From Paraspadella gotoi (Eukaryota; Animalia; Chaetognatha): a stretch of DNA of 64,000 bases. Below are positions 1 through 13,800 of the stretch, one piece after another. The translations under genes were made by a program, and so were the position numbers. The stretch spans positions 562,264-626,263 of the forward strand of contig JBJCIZ010000744.1 of assembly GCA_051294375.1 (NCBI GenBank), in the 5' to 3' direction. The first letter of the stretch is position 1; each line of letters opens with the position of its first letter. The notes below the pieces were generated by a model. It saw only the letters and a program-made list of their open reading frames with translations. It made no database searches and had not been told where the DNA came from.

Positions 1-2021
1 GTGTGTTTATGAACGCTGGGCTCGGGCATGTCCCATCGGTTCGATTTAATGTTTTATTGCTATCATGTGTTTTCAAACCGTTGTTTGTGCCCGGTCAAGA
101 ATGTCTGCACTTCTGAGCTATGAAGTTAAAATCTGAAACATTAAATCGAACCGATGGGACATGCCCGAGCCCAGGACATGCCCGAGGACATGCCCGAGGA
201 CATGCCCGAGCCCAGGACATGCCCGAGCCCAGGACAAAAGGAGGAGATGCCACTCGCGTCGGTGATCCGGCCGCCTCGTCGGATCTTGCTCACCGATCGT
301 CACGTTCGGTTCGGCCGCGCGAGACGACGACGGAGCCCCCGGTGCTGAATTGGAAAACGTTTTATGGCTTTATGAATTATGACGTGAAATCATACATAGG
401 ATTCCCACGTTTGATAGGAAGTCTTTTTTTTTTAGAGAATCATTCTAACCCTTAATCCCAATCCTCCCCTTTGGAATTGGGGCTCGGCGCCTCTTCAGTC
501 CCTATCGCCGACGCCGGCCAGCCTGCCGACACAGCGCGTCCGACGGCTGACGACGGCTCGTCGACGGGTACCGATCCGAGGAGTAAAGTGAGGAGGAAAG
601 GTTGGTCTCGGGTTCCGCTCATCGGGATCTCCACCACATACGTAGCGGCCTTGGGACAGAGGACGGCGATAGGATTCCAGAGAATGACGGCCGGGACCCG
701 GGTCCAGTCGGAGCAGAGTACTTAATTTGGATGAGGGCCATCAGGGCTCGGTCACGATTCAGATAGGCACTGGGAGGTTTAAGAGGGCAAATGGGAAGAC
801 ATAAGTGAGGAGAGCTTTAATATAAGTGGTGGAGAATTTTGGGAGACTTTATAGTGGAAGAGCTTTAATAAGTGGAAGAGATCTTTAATAAGTGGAAGAG
901 ACCTTTAATAAGTGGGAAGAGACCTTTAATAAGTGGAAGAGACCTTTAATAAGTGGAAGAGACCTTTAATAAGTGGAAGAGACCTTTAATAAGTGGGAAG
1001 AGGACCTTTAATAAGTGGGAAGAGACCTTTAATAAGTGGGAAGAGACCTTTAATAAGTGGGAAGAGACCTTTAATAAGTGCGGAAGAGACCTTTAATAAT
1101 CTATTTATTCGTTTTTTTAGTAGCCCTTAACTAATATCTAAATTATAAGTAAAATAAAACCTGATTTAGCAACAAAGGGCCTTTCCAGTAGATGCAAAAT
1201 CATTCCCGACGCAACCGAAATTCCAGATGACGAAAGACGGCGGTGAAGTAGTCGAGGGTAACGTTAGTAAGCCTTGACCACTTCGCTATCAAGGTAAGAT
1301 TAAGACTCATTACAAATTTGTTTGGTTGCTAGGAATATGAAAACAACAACCACGCTAGAAAAACCACCAGCCAAACGATACAAACAAAAACTAAGAAAAC
1401 AAAACCAATTTGGAAGACGATCAATGAAATCAAAGGCTAAAAAAAATCAAGAAATCTACCAAGAAAATTGACGTTGATCAATATAACAAATAAATGCCGA
1501 ACAAATTACTCAACAACCAACCAAAAACTAAAACAATTGGATCTACAATCAAGAAAATACAAACAACCAATCATGAGCATGAATCCAAACCTCAGGTAAA
1601 AATAGGAGAAGAGAAAAGAGCATCATGAGAGAGGCGAGGATGAGCCAGCCGCTGGATGAGACTTGTAGCAGCCCGCATTTGTAGAGGAAAACGAGCAGCA
1701 CCGTCATGACGACGATGACGGAGATCATGATCATCGCGTTGATGAGAAGGCGTAACCCACTTTGGCGGCGCTCGATCCCGCGCTCTCTTCCCGCATGGGC
1801 GTGTAGAGTCTGAGATGAGAGGGAGGGGCAAAGGAAAGTTGGAGTCAAAGTATTAATTATTTTATTATTTTTTTAAAAATTTCAGATTTTAACTTCATAG
1901 CTCAGAAGTGCAGACATTTCTTGACCGGGCACAAACAACGGTTTGAAAACACAATGATAGCAATAAAACATTAAATCGAACCGATGGGACATGCCCGAGC
2001 GCGCAGCGTTCATAAACACAC
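1..2021. repeat. Inverted duplication: 1-137 is the reverse complement of ~1879-2021; short CCCGAGGACATG repeats at 158-235
   Basis: gtgtgtttatgaacgc...aaaatctgaaa versus tttcagattttaac...gttcataaacacac, with a few indels. Confidence 0.85.
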
Positions 2022-3688
2022 CCTCCTTAGAAAAAAAATCTTAAAAGCGTAAGGATCGTCGCAATCGCATAAGAAAAACCTGGATTGACGACCAATTTTG
2101 ATACTAAAAAAATAAAATCTGAAGAAAAAAATTAATTTATTAACAGAAAAAAAATTATATTTTGCGATTGTCAATTAAAAAAAATAATAAAGTACTGAGG
2201 AAAATAAAAGTTTACAGTTTCTGAAAAAAAATGAAAGTTTTTTTTTTTTGTTATTGTCGATTGTCAATTGTCAAATTANNNNNNNNNNNNNNNNNNNNNN
2301 NNNAACTGATCAGCAGACGCAGCCCCTGAGAAAAAAAAACGAATTAAAAACACGATGGTGCGATAGCAAAATAATAACATGCACGAATGCGATGCCTAAT
2401 TTTACAAGTTCAATCCTAATTCAATTTTTTATTAATAAAAACGCAGAGAGAGAGAGAGAAAAAAGAAATCAAAAGGCAGCAGCAGAAGCAGCAGGAGAAA
2501 AGAGAGAAAAAGAGAGCCCCTGCAGAGCCAGCTGCAGACTCAAAAGGCAGAAGCAGCAGGAGAAAAGAGAGAAAAAGAAAGATGAATAAACACTGGGGAA
2601 AAGAGAGAGAGCTACATATAATTAAACGAGAAAAGAGAGATAGAAAGAGATATGAAAATAAAATAGAGGATATTTATTTGATTTGATAAAACGTAAACAA
2701 AACATATTGTTTATAAATTTTCAGCTTCATTCACCCAAATTTAATCATCAAAAAGGCGATCTATAATTTCGAACGCCGACGACGACAACGACGATGACGA
2801 CGACGCCTACGCCACTTATGCCCAAAAGAGTTACTAGATCGTCGCAAACGCAAAGCGATTGCGACGATTAAAAATTGTACATTTGACTTGATGAGAAATA
2901 TCGACGGGCCCCAGGCCACCATACAGTTGACCACCCCCTTTTATGAGAAATATCGACAGGCCCCCATACTCACAGTTGACCACCCCCTTTTATGAGAAAT
3001 ATCGACGTGCCCCAGGCCGCCATACTCACAGTTGACCACCCCCCTTCTCCGTGTAGAAGGAGATGGAGTTGATGGTGACGATGACGACCAACATGCAGAT
3101 GGTGACGGGGATGAATATCTGGATGACGTGAGCTGCTCCGTACTTAAGAGTCTCTTCATCGTCGTCTTCCTCGACGGACTCTTGGGCGGGAATCGGGCGA
3201 CGGGCGGAGACGGGCTTGGTGGAGTGCAAAGATGGGGGGGGGGAGTCGATGAGGGGAAGAAGGGAATGAGGTGAATTAAAGAATGAATGAATGAATGAAT
3301 GAAATATAAATGAAATATAAATAAGAATTGAAGCGAAGAAATGGGAAAATGGGAAAAGTTGGGGAAAAAGATAAATAGAAAACAAGAAAAAGGAACGAAA
3401 AGATTAAAAATCGAAACAAAATGAAGTAAAAAAAATTTATTTTTTTTACTTCATTTTACTTCATATTACTTCACTTCATAAAAGGAATGAAACAAAAAGG
3501 ACTGAAGAGGATGAAAAAAAAATTGAAAGGAAGAAAGAAAGAAAGAAAGAAAGAAAGCGCATTACTCGATTGCTGGCTTCGCCACTGAGATGGCGTTCCT
3601 CGGTCCGAGCGGCGGCGGCGGGGACGGCGGCGGCGGGGGCGGCGGATACGTCGTTGTCCCTGTTCTCATCCATACTTTGCATTTGCAT
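250..3688 (-). CDS. PSEN: Presenilin (partial, multi-exon; left part in error-rich sequence)
   Basis: Exon ~3031-3214 [48 protein letters not shown] matches presenilin TM1. Exons at ~1595-1808 ([26 protein letters not shown]), ~1176-1280 ([16 protein letters not shown]) and ~450-770 (AYL..ALMAL..IKY) are recognisable but full of indels. Confidence 0.85.
850..1098. repeat. ~20-bp tandem minisatellite (GACCTTTAATAAGTGG[G]AAGA, ~11-12 copies) in a presenilin intron
   Basis: Directly visible tandem units. Confidence 0.9.
2279..2303. other. Assembly gap (25 N)
   Basis: Run of n characters. Confidence 1.
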
Positions 3689-4769
3689 GAATAGTTTATT
3701 AGCTCGTGAAGAAGAGGGGAGTCACAGCATGAAAGGTTTAAGGCTTTTAATTAAATTAGCACTGTAGTCGAACAAAATAAACAACGACTGAGCAACAAAA
3801 TTTAGATTTTGAGGTAAAAGTTTTCAAGCGCAAAAAAAAAAAAACAATATATGCGTGTCTAAACAAGTCGTGTAAAGGTTGAACAAACATAAAACATCGC
3901 AGTCAAAAAAATTGTGAAAAAATTTGTATTTTGAGTATCGCTCGTGAAGTTATAAAAGCAGAATACTGTAATATAACGAGAGAGATTCACATCGAAGAAG
4001 ATAGTAGTGATAAACATGATGACAGTACTACTGTCAGTAGTGCATATTTTGCAGGAATAAACGAATGAGAGAAATGATACGAAAGCCGAAGGCGGAACTG
4101 AAACCAAGAAGGGCAAACGATATCTCGTAAAAAGGAGTGACTGGACCCATTGGTAAGATGATCGGTCCCAGTATGGAATTTGACACCCAGGCTGTCTGGT
4201 ACAATGCCCCCGTTTATGGGTAGACTAAAGACTGCGAGATGGAGGGACATCTGCGGGCGCGGAGCCAAGAGGAAACAAAAGACAATCGGAGTAAGTTGTG
4301 GAAGAATAAAAGGTAATCCAGTTTTCTTTTTTTGATTAAAGTCGTTTTGAGCATATAATAAAAGTAGTAATTTAATTTATAAAAACAGTTTGCTAATGTC
4401 ATGAGTAAAAGATTGTTATATCTTGTAATAAGAGAGAGAATACGTACGTTATGTTGAAAAGTTATAAATTTTTTTAAAAAATTCATATTGGTTCGTCTTG
4501 CATAACAAGCTTAAGAAAATATCACAGGCATGCAGTAATAAAAACAGTAATAAAAACATGGAAATACGAGACGATAATCATCAAGGGGTGCCTTTTTTTG
4601 TCGAAATAGTAAGCAAATAAAAAAAACAAAATGGCAAAATACTATTCATCTTATTTTTCTTCCTGTGACATAGGTTGGAAAATGAAATTTTTTTGAATGG
4701 AAAAAGGGAGAATGAAGCGAAGACGAAGGAAGATTATTTTAAGCCCAATGGTTTTTAGCGTCTCCAATC

Positions 4770-6132
4770 CTAGAGTGATCCCCGACAAAACCTTCGAGGG
4801 ATGGCCGCTCTAAAATCCCCATTGGTGAAGGCGTAGACGATGGGGTTGACGACGGAATTGACGAAGACGACTTTCCGCAAGACGGGAAAGGACGGGAGGA
4901 CGAGCCAGTGCTGGATCATGAGCACGGGCAGCCAGGACCCCACGAAGAACCCCGTGATCAGCGTCGCCACGAGCAAGGTGCGCCGCTGGAGTTCCGCGTC
5001 TTTCTTGGCGATCGCCGGACGAGCCTTATTTTCGGCGCCGGATTCGAGGCCGTGAAAGTCGGTGGAGGCGCCCTTTCCGCGCCGGAAAGCGGCGGCGCGT
5101 TTTAGACCCAAACGCCGGATCAGGACGAAGACGATAACGTAGACGACGACGAGGACGACGAAGCAGAGAACGACGACGGCGTCGAAGAGGAGTTTGGAGA
5201 CGTTGTAGGAGGCGCCGTCGTCGCCGCTCTTGAAGACGCGAGTGGCGAAGGAGAAGACGGGGTTCTCGTCGACGAGGAGGAAAACGACGAGAAGAGAGGC
5301 CGCGGCGACGGATGCGAGAAGAAAGCGGCGCGCGAGGCGCGGGTGGAACCGACGTCGCAGCGGAGAGGCGACGGCCTCGAGTCGGTCGACGGCGATGCCG
5401 ACGAAGAGAAAGCAGGAGAGGAGTAGGAGAGAGTTGAGGAGGAAGGAGACGAAGCAGCGATACCAAAAGAGAAGAGGGCGACACTCGGGATGGCGGAAAT
5501 GTGAGGGGAGGAACGAACGAAGTCCACGAAAGTGAAAAACGCAGAGTTGGGGATGACTGAGGGGGGGGGCGGGAGAAAAAGGAAAATTAGACTAAACATC
5601 GACGCGGAATAAGAAAAAAAAAAAGGTTATGGATTTAAATCTAATTTCGACAATATGCAAATTATATTAAAGAACTCCATTTTGAGATAAAACTTCAACG
5701 CTTCAAGATTTTTTTTTTTCATGAAATAAATATCTAAACCGAGTCAAGCTGAACCGAGGTGAGCTCTCTACAATAAATTCCGATCATCAAATACGACAGA
5801 AATAATTCATTCATTCAATAAACGAGTCGCTGACTTTTGACAGGCTATAATTAGAATAATCGTCAATTGGCATTACCTAATAAGGAAGTGAGCAAATCCA
5901 CGACTCCGAGAGCGAAGACGAAAAAGACGTGGACGCTTTGATCGCGAATCGGACGATAGAAGACGACGACAACCGCGTTGCCGACGACGCCGACGACGAA
6001 AAGGACGATGAGAAAGACGAACTCGATCCAAGCGCCGACGACGGAGGAAGAGGCGTCCGAAACGGCGACGTCGGGAACGGTGACGTTTTCGCGGCAACGC
6101 AGGACGTCGACGGCGGCGTCCGGCGTCGCCAT
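4770..6132 (-). CDS. Rhodopsin-like (class A) orphan GPCR, 2 exons, apparent 1-nt frameshift near 5500-5520
   Basis: TM1 VGVVGNAVVV, TM2 FALGVVDLL, TM3 LFVGIAVDRL, TM6 FFVGSWLP, TM7 NSVVNPIVYAF. Intron 5557-5876 is GT-AG. Confidence 0.85.
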
Positions 6133-6695
6133 GGTGATGTGGAGCAAATGAAGGAGGATTTACTCATAGAAGAAGATGGAAATGGGATTTCATTCTTCTT
6201 TTTCTTCCTCCTCATCCTCATCGTTTTTCTCCCTCAAATCGATTTTTTTCTCTTTTCTCTTTTCCCATTTTTTTTTATCTCTCCGTCCCGTGTTGAAGCG
6301 ACGACGATAATAACGACGATAACGAAAGATCTTCTTTTTAAAAAAAAAATCTTCCTTCGCGTGATGCCCGACTTTATTTTCTTTGTGAAGAATAAAAGAA
6401 TATTCGTAAAAATATTTTGTAATCAATTTTTTTTTTGATGAATAAGGCACGCGAAATTGCGAAATAACATCGTAAGTAACATAAATCACCAGTGCGGTTT
6501 CACGAATATCCAAAAAGACTAGATTCGCCCAAAATATGTTTGCTTAGTTAGTATAAAAATACAGAGCCCATTTTTTTTTCTGCTAGTATCAAAATAAAGT
6601 AAATAAAAATTAATCGTGCGCAAAATAATACTGGAACAAAGGCCACTCCCCCGTCCACCTCTCTTTTCCTCCTCCCCGCCCCCCCTCTCTCCATC

Positions 6696-7812
6696 TCATC
6701 CTCCTCCCGGCGACTCCAGGTTCTCCAGCGACCATCCTCCTTCGCCGTCGAACCGAAGTATCCGGTGGTGATGCTTCCGCAGCGAGGACCGGTGCGTGAT
6801 GGTCAACAGCGTCGTGCCCAGCGCCTTCATCGCCGCGTAGATTGCGTCCTCTGAGTCCGCGGAAACGGCGCTCGTGCACTCGTCCAGCAGCGCGAAGACC
6901 GGCGCGTGGTAAAAGGCGCGTGCGAGGCCGACGCGTTGCTTCTCGCCTCCGGAAAGAACTTCGCTCCATTCACGGACGGCGTCGAAGCCGCCTTGAGGAG
7001 AGAAGCCCAGTGGGAAGGGGGGAAGGGGGGCAGGGGGGAGGGTAGAGGGAGGGGGAAGGGGGGTATGGAGAAAACCGACGGAACGAGAAGCTGGGAAATT
7101 ATTTTATGCTGAGCGGGTAATAGATCGGTGACGAAAGAAAATGATAAGTGAACTACATGGAAATGAATCTGGATTTAAGGTTTGTGCGAAGGACACGAAA
7201 TATTATCGAGAAATTGAGTGGGCGGGGTAACCGGATCGTGCGAAAAAGAGAGAGGATGGGGTAAGGGAGGGGGACTGGCGCCCCTTGGCCGAAAAAAATC
7301 GATCTCAAAGATTTTCTTGAAAGAACAAGACTTTTTATTGTCTCATGCTTTTACATAAGAATAATAAGTCGCAGAAAAAGCTCGAAAGAAGCAAGAAAAC
7401 ACGCGATTTTCTGATTTAACTATGTTACATTGAAGGAACACAAAGTAACATTAGGGTGGAAATCGACGAAATATTTTCCTGCCTTACGTCAATACATTTA
7501 TTTTCCACACCCACCTTCCCTGTCGATCAAGTATTCGAGCCGCACTGTCCGTAACACGTTCAACAGAGCGGCGTCTTCGACTCCAGAGGCTTGCACGTCT
7601 GCGAGGGTGTGGGGATAGACGATCTGGTCGCGCAGCGTCCCCAGAGGGAGGTAAGGTTTTTGCGGCACGTAGAACATGGTCGTCGTCGGAGGTTTGTAGA
7701 GGACACCGCCGCGAATTGGCCAGAGTCTATTTGGGTGGCAATGTTTCTTTCAGATTTTCTAGGTCATTTTTTTGGTACAAACTTAATCCGCATCGCACTC
7801 GTATATAAACTA

Positions 7813-7846
<34 letters not shown>

Positions 7847-10800
7847 CACATACATAGTATAGTATACATTAAAAAATTACACGTATAAGTTGCATTTTAC
7901 CCGGATATAATTCGGAAGAGGCTAGATTTTCCACAGCCGTTGGGCCCCGTGATCATGGTGTGGTCCCCACGCTCGATTCTCAAGGTGAGACTGGGTACGA
8001 CGACGTCACCCGTCGGCGTCACCACCGGGACATTCTCCAGCGAGAAATAATCGCAAGTTTCCACCACGACCCCTGGGCGAGATCGGTCGTTTCGTTGTTA
8101 TCAACCCTCCTCCCTCAATGTACGTTTCGTGTTTAATATTCACCTCTGGACGCCAAAGCGTCGATCGCTCCGGAGGGCCTCTCTAACCGGCCGGCGGATA
8201 CGTCTCGGACGACGGCCAGCATGAGGGCGACTCTGCGAGTGTAGCCGGCCAACTCCAGCAACTCTTTATATGAGCCGAGCACGCGCTCCACGGCGTCGGC
8301 GCCCGAAGTGAGCAAGTGACGAGCCAGCGTCACCAGTTCCGTGCGATCGGACACTCCTTTCATGAAAGACGCGTAACCAAGATATTAGGGAAAGAAGAAA
8401 GGAGCTTAGTATACTAAAAATCATTTTGAGGCAAAGATAAATGATCCTAATATGGTATTATTAATAGTTACTACAACTAACCACGTGAGCTAATGAATGA
8501 AATAATTGATAACAGTTGTTCCAATTTGATAACACTTTGTTTTACATTTTGTCTTATCGATTTATTATTATTATTTATTTATTTATTATTTATTTATTAT
8601 TTCTTGCCCACCTCCGTCGGGTTCGTCGTCGAGCCGCGATCCCGATTGCGTGAGGGGATTCTCGGTCAGCACTATGGGCAAGGACACCATGATGACCCCG
8701 CAGGCCGACCAGAGGTACTTCATGAGAAATTGCTCGAGCATGACGAACCAGAGACGGGATCGATAGATGCGCTCCTTTTGGTTCACCACCGATCGGTAGG
8801 CTCTGTTTTTGTTTCAATTCTCCGGTTAATATTTGAATGTTTAGGACTTTATGAAAATACTATGTACACTTTGTACAGTAACTATGAATAATCATGTATA
8901 AAAATATTGTATATAACCTCAATGTACCTCGACAAAACATCGTGCTCGGCCCGATGTCCGCCGTAAAAGGCGATCTCCTCAGAGTTGGCGATGATTCTAC
9001 AAAGAGGATTGACAAATTTAAACTCGCTCTTCGACAATTTCTTCCGCCACCCTCCCACACCCTCCCACTCCCACCCGGTTCTCCCGACCTCGAATGCACG
9101 AATCTGAGGTGGCCCTGACGCCTGGCGTCCTCGGCGGCCATACGACCGAAAGACGGCGACAGGAGGCGCAGCAGCAGCGACGTCACGGCAACGACGACGC
9201 CGGCGATGAGGATCGGAAGCAGACGACCGCGGAGGTCGGCCCCTGCAGCCAAAAAGGGTGGGGAGGGGTGAGGCGGGGCTAATGATTAGGCGATTTTGTG
9301 AGAAATTCAATGAACTGGGACTTTCGTCGCCTTGCTTTCCTATCAAGACGACTGTGATACGAAGACACTATTTTTGTCATAGTTACATTTTTTATCATAT
9401 ACATTATTAGTAGTAGAATATTTTGGCTTTTTGTTTCTTTAAATAGATAAACCTCCCGCCGCGCCCACCTCTCTTGGCCGCGAGTCGCCAGAGAGAAATG
9501 GTCATGAGCACTACGTCCATCGAGGGTTTCGTCAGATGAGAGTAGAGCCGCGCCACCCCGGCCGAGAAGTTGGAAATATCTTCCGTCAGGCATTGATCCG
9601 CGTTGGCCAGCCGACCGTCTGTGGATCAAAAAGCTTGCCACTCATTTGACGGTTGACGGTTTAGATTAAATCACGTTGACTTGTCCGAGACACAGACAAT
9701 TCTATAAATAATTGGGGAAGAAAAAAAAACCCAAGCCTCACCCAAGTGTGAAAGGCGATAAAAGGTTTGATTGGCAAAGTATTGCTTGTAAGCGTAATCG
9801 ACGAGCTTGGTACGAAAGACGAGGGCAGTTTTGTTTTCGAGGTATCGAATGAGGGAGTTGACGAAAGTAGCGGGAACGGCGACGACGAGCCTTCCGAACG
9901 AAGAAGAGTGTCCGGGGGGGGGGAAGAAAAACATATTGCAAAAAATCTTCAAACAGTAAAACCTCAAAGTTTTAGATCAATTACTTCTTAATTCTTAGTA
10001 CGTATTTTTTTATACGTCTACAGTCATGATTAAAACGGCAAAGTTCTTAATGACTTGTTGATTTTTTTATTATGATGCAAAAATACAGCTAAGTGTAGAG
10101 AACGGGTAAACGAGTTTAACTGGTTACTTGGACAGTTTTAACTGACCACTAAACGGTTAAGTGGTTGCTTGGTGATCGAGTTGTAAAGTTGTTGTTGTTG
10201 TGGTTGCTGTTTAGACTGCTAAAAAAGCAAAATAACGTTCCCAATAACGAAAAGCTCAATGTTTATTCAATGACTTCAAAAACGAACCAAATTTTGATAT
10301 AATTGGGGTATAGTTTTAATGACAGCTGTCGTCTTAACTATTATGTTAAGCAATATTCTCTTGGGGTTTGAAAAAAAACTAGAATCCCTGGGGAAAAAAA
10401 CTCGCCGTTTGATTTAAAAAAATTAAAACCTGTAATCAATTTTTCTGATGAGTCATGGCTGAAATCTCGAGACAAAAATCCCACAAAACTTCCTTGTCAT
10501 GATCAATTTCTATTTTGAATTTCGGTAATGTTTCGCAATGAAAATTTGAATAAATATTTTTAAAAAAATCGGGTATTAAATTAACAACAGAACCATTTCG
10601 AACATAAAAAAAAATGACGGACGTTCCCCGCCGAGTTCTCAGCGTCCTCGTTCGCGCGGGCGTCAATCACCGCGTGGTCGTCTGTTTTACGGTGTGCGCG
10701 GTCGTCACTAGCGACCTTTACAACAACATCGCCGAGCTCGGCCTTGTCCTGTCTTCATTGGCTTACATTGTCCTCTTCGTTCTCACAATCGGAGCCGTCG

Positions 10801-13800
10801 TATTCTGCCTCCTTCCGCCCGGCTTGATGGCCGAGATGTTAATGTTGGTCGTCGGGCCGCTCTTTCCAGTTTTCTTCGCTTTTAGGGCGAACTTAAGATT
10901 CGTCGTCGTAACGAGGGAATCCAACTCGACCTTATCTTATGAACTCATCTTCGTCATAGGGGCGGCCTTACTCGTCGATCACCAGATGTGGCGTTTAATT
11001 TACAAAGACGTGCAAGTGGGCAATCGCCCGAAACCGATAGTTCACGTTCTTCGCCAAGCGAATTACGTCACCATTTTGTCTCCGTTTATCGTCTCGTTAG
11101 TTTTTTCACCCAGCTTGGCGATCGTCCCCTACTTACCCTTTTTCCCCGGATTGGTCGTTCCTTTCGTCGTCGTCGTCTTCACAGCAATGGCGACTCGCGT
11201 TCACAGTTTTTTGGCGGCAGTGATAGCAAATAGTACGAGTGCTTGGTCCCAGTGGACGAACCTCAAGCAGCCTTCCGAACTGAGAATGTTCTTTTTGGCG
11301 CAATTCGTTTGCAACTTATTGCGATTTTTGTGGATGAAATGGGATGATCGAGAAACAACGTTTCTTTCCTTTTGGAAGACAATACTCGCAAGTTCGACGG
11401 AGACGACGATGGCGCTGATCGCGCTTTCCAGTTGCTTAGTTTACGTTGGCGATCGAGTCATAGACGTCGTCAAAATATTTATAAAAGACAAAGAGGAGGT
11501 AAACCTCAACGATAGAGGAGTTTACTTTTTTCTGCTCTGCATCCAAACTGGACTCGTCAATCTCCCGACGGAGAATCGAGTGGAAAGACTGTGGATCAAC
11601 ACTCTCATTCTTGCCACCACTTTTCTCGGCTCCGTACACGGTCTTCTGCGTAGAAAAATGGAGACGCTGCAAGCCAGTTCCATCGTCCGCACTGGGGAGT
11701 ACGCGCGCGTCTTCGCCGTTTACCTCCCTACCGTCGTCGTTCCCCTCTTTGTCGTCATTCGTCTCTGGACCGCGTTCAGCGTTTCCCCCTGGATCCTGGC
11801 CATCACCGCCTTCGTTTCCGAAACCGTCTTATCCGTCGTGCTGACTCTCCTCCTCTTTTCATTGTCCCAAATGAAAAGGTTGACGGCAGAACGTCTCGAC
11901 GATTGGACGTTTAAAATTCGCTTGACGGAAAAGTTGTGCGCGGTTCTTTTCGCCATATTCCACACGTTCAACAACGCCTGGGCGGCGCTCTTCGGAATCG
12001 GAGTCAACCTCGTTTTCTTATTTACGACGTCTATGCACGTTTTAATTATATGGGCGGTGGTACATTCCAGCTGGAAAGACATGAAGACGCGCCTTCAATT
12101 GGTGGAAATGGTGTCGGCGCTAAGAGACGCCACGCCGATACAGTTACTTCGTCTAAAGGATCCTTGCGCCATCTGCTACGAGGATTTTACTGACCAAGCT
12201 AAGTTGACCAATTGCAATCATTTTTACCATAAATTTTGTCTGAGGAAGTGGCTGTACATTAAAGACAAATGCCCGCTTTGTCAAAGAAGCGTGTTCGAAT
12301 GGGTCTACGAAAACGAAGAGGCCGCCGGTTTTGAAAACATACACGAACACGTATTTGTTGGCGATAATAATTAAGCCGAATCTGTTCTTTTATATTGGTT
12401 GGACCTAACTAATATACCTAGTTACCTACATATCATGAAGAGGTGCATTTACGAAATTTTGTTTGTTATTATATGAAATTGGTACAACCAATATAATATA
12501 GCTTATTTATTAAATGAATGGATAATTTTTAATATTGGTTGTACCAATTTCATAAAATTCAGCTCCTTGTATTTTGATGCTAGTGCGGAGTACAATAAGT
12601 ATTCCCCGATCTAATACTTTAGGGAGTGGTCTTTTCATACAATTGAAACATTCTTTGAAATATTTTCCACTTCATTGATAGGGAAGCCAGGTACTCTGGG
12701 AGTGAATAAACGAGACTGTGAAAGAGTCTTGATTGAAAACTTGCAGGGACCTGCTATGTCATTATCTTGTAAGAGTGATGGAGGCCTTAAACCACCAAAG
12801 CCTGTCCAAAGTCAGGGGCAAGATAGCTTATTTATTAAATGAATGGATTAATTTTATATTGGTTGTACCAATTTCATATAATAAGGCGTAGTGAAAGTTA
12901 AATACGAAAATTCTAAAAGTCAATTATGAACAACATACCATCAGTAAACATTAATTTGTAAAAAAAAATAATTTTATGTTTTTTAATTTTCGCAGTAGGC
13001 CATATTTATAATCCTTATAAAATTGAAAAATTTCAAAATGGGCTTTTCTTATATTTTGATTGAGATTTGAATTCCTCGTCAAAAGTTGATAAAAGAAAAT
13101 ATAAATCATTTTTAAAATTTCTTTCATTAAGTGGGTTAAAAATTAAAAAAACTATATTTAATATATAAAAATTAATTTTCAGCTTAAAATATAGCTTTAT
13201 CTAATTTTTGACCCACTTAATGAAGGAATTTTTCAAAAAGAGTTATATTTCTTTTTATCAACTTTTTATAACGAATCCAAATCTGCAAAAAAATCTTAGA
13301 AAAAACTGTTTTGAAATTTTAACATTTATTGGTTTAGTACTAGTATAAATATAGCCTACTGCGTAAATTGGAAAATTTATTATAAATTGTTTTATTACAT
13401 AAATGTTCATTAGTATAATGTTGTTCGTTCCTCACTTTTAGAATTTTAAATTAAAGTTAAATTGAGAAATTTTACTACGCCTTAATATATAATATATATT
13501 TACGTAGAAATTGGCTTTTGAGAGACGCTCATTGCAATGTTGTATCCCCATTAACATCTGCCAGTTCTGCTTATCCAGCGTTAGAACTAGACTGAGAGAG
13601 AGTCTTGACTCAAAGCTTACAGGGTCTTCTAATGTTATTATCTTGTAAGAGGGACGGAAGCCTTAACCATCGCCTGTCAAAAGTTAAAGTTAAATTTAAA
13701 GTTAAATTAATAAATAATTTTTACGTCGGTTGTACCAATTTCATTGATATGCATACTTACTCCTTCCTGTTAGAAAATACAATACACTGTTAAAAATGAT

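Noticed and set aside
850-1098. CRISPR-like array
   Set aside because: Contiguous ~20-bp units with no unique spacers, in a eukaryotic intron with no cas genes; it is a minisatellite.
3860-4490. Short ORFs between the GPCR and presenilin
   Set aside because: AT-rich, no motifs or exon-like composition; possibly a repeat remnant but unsupported.
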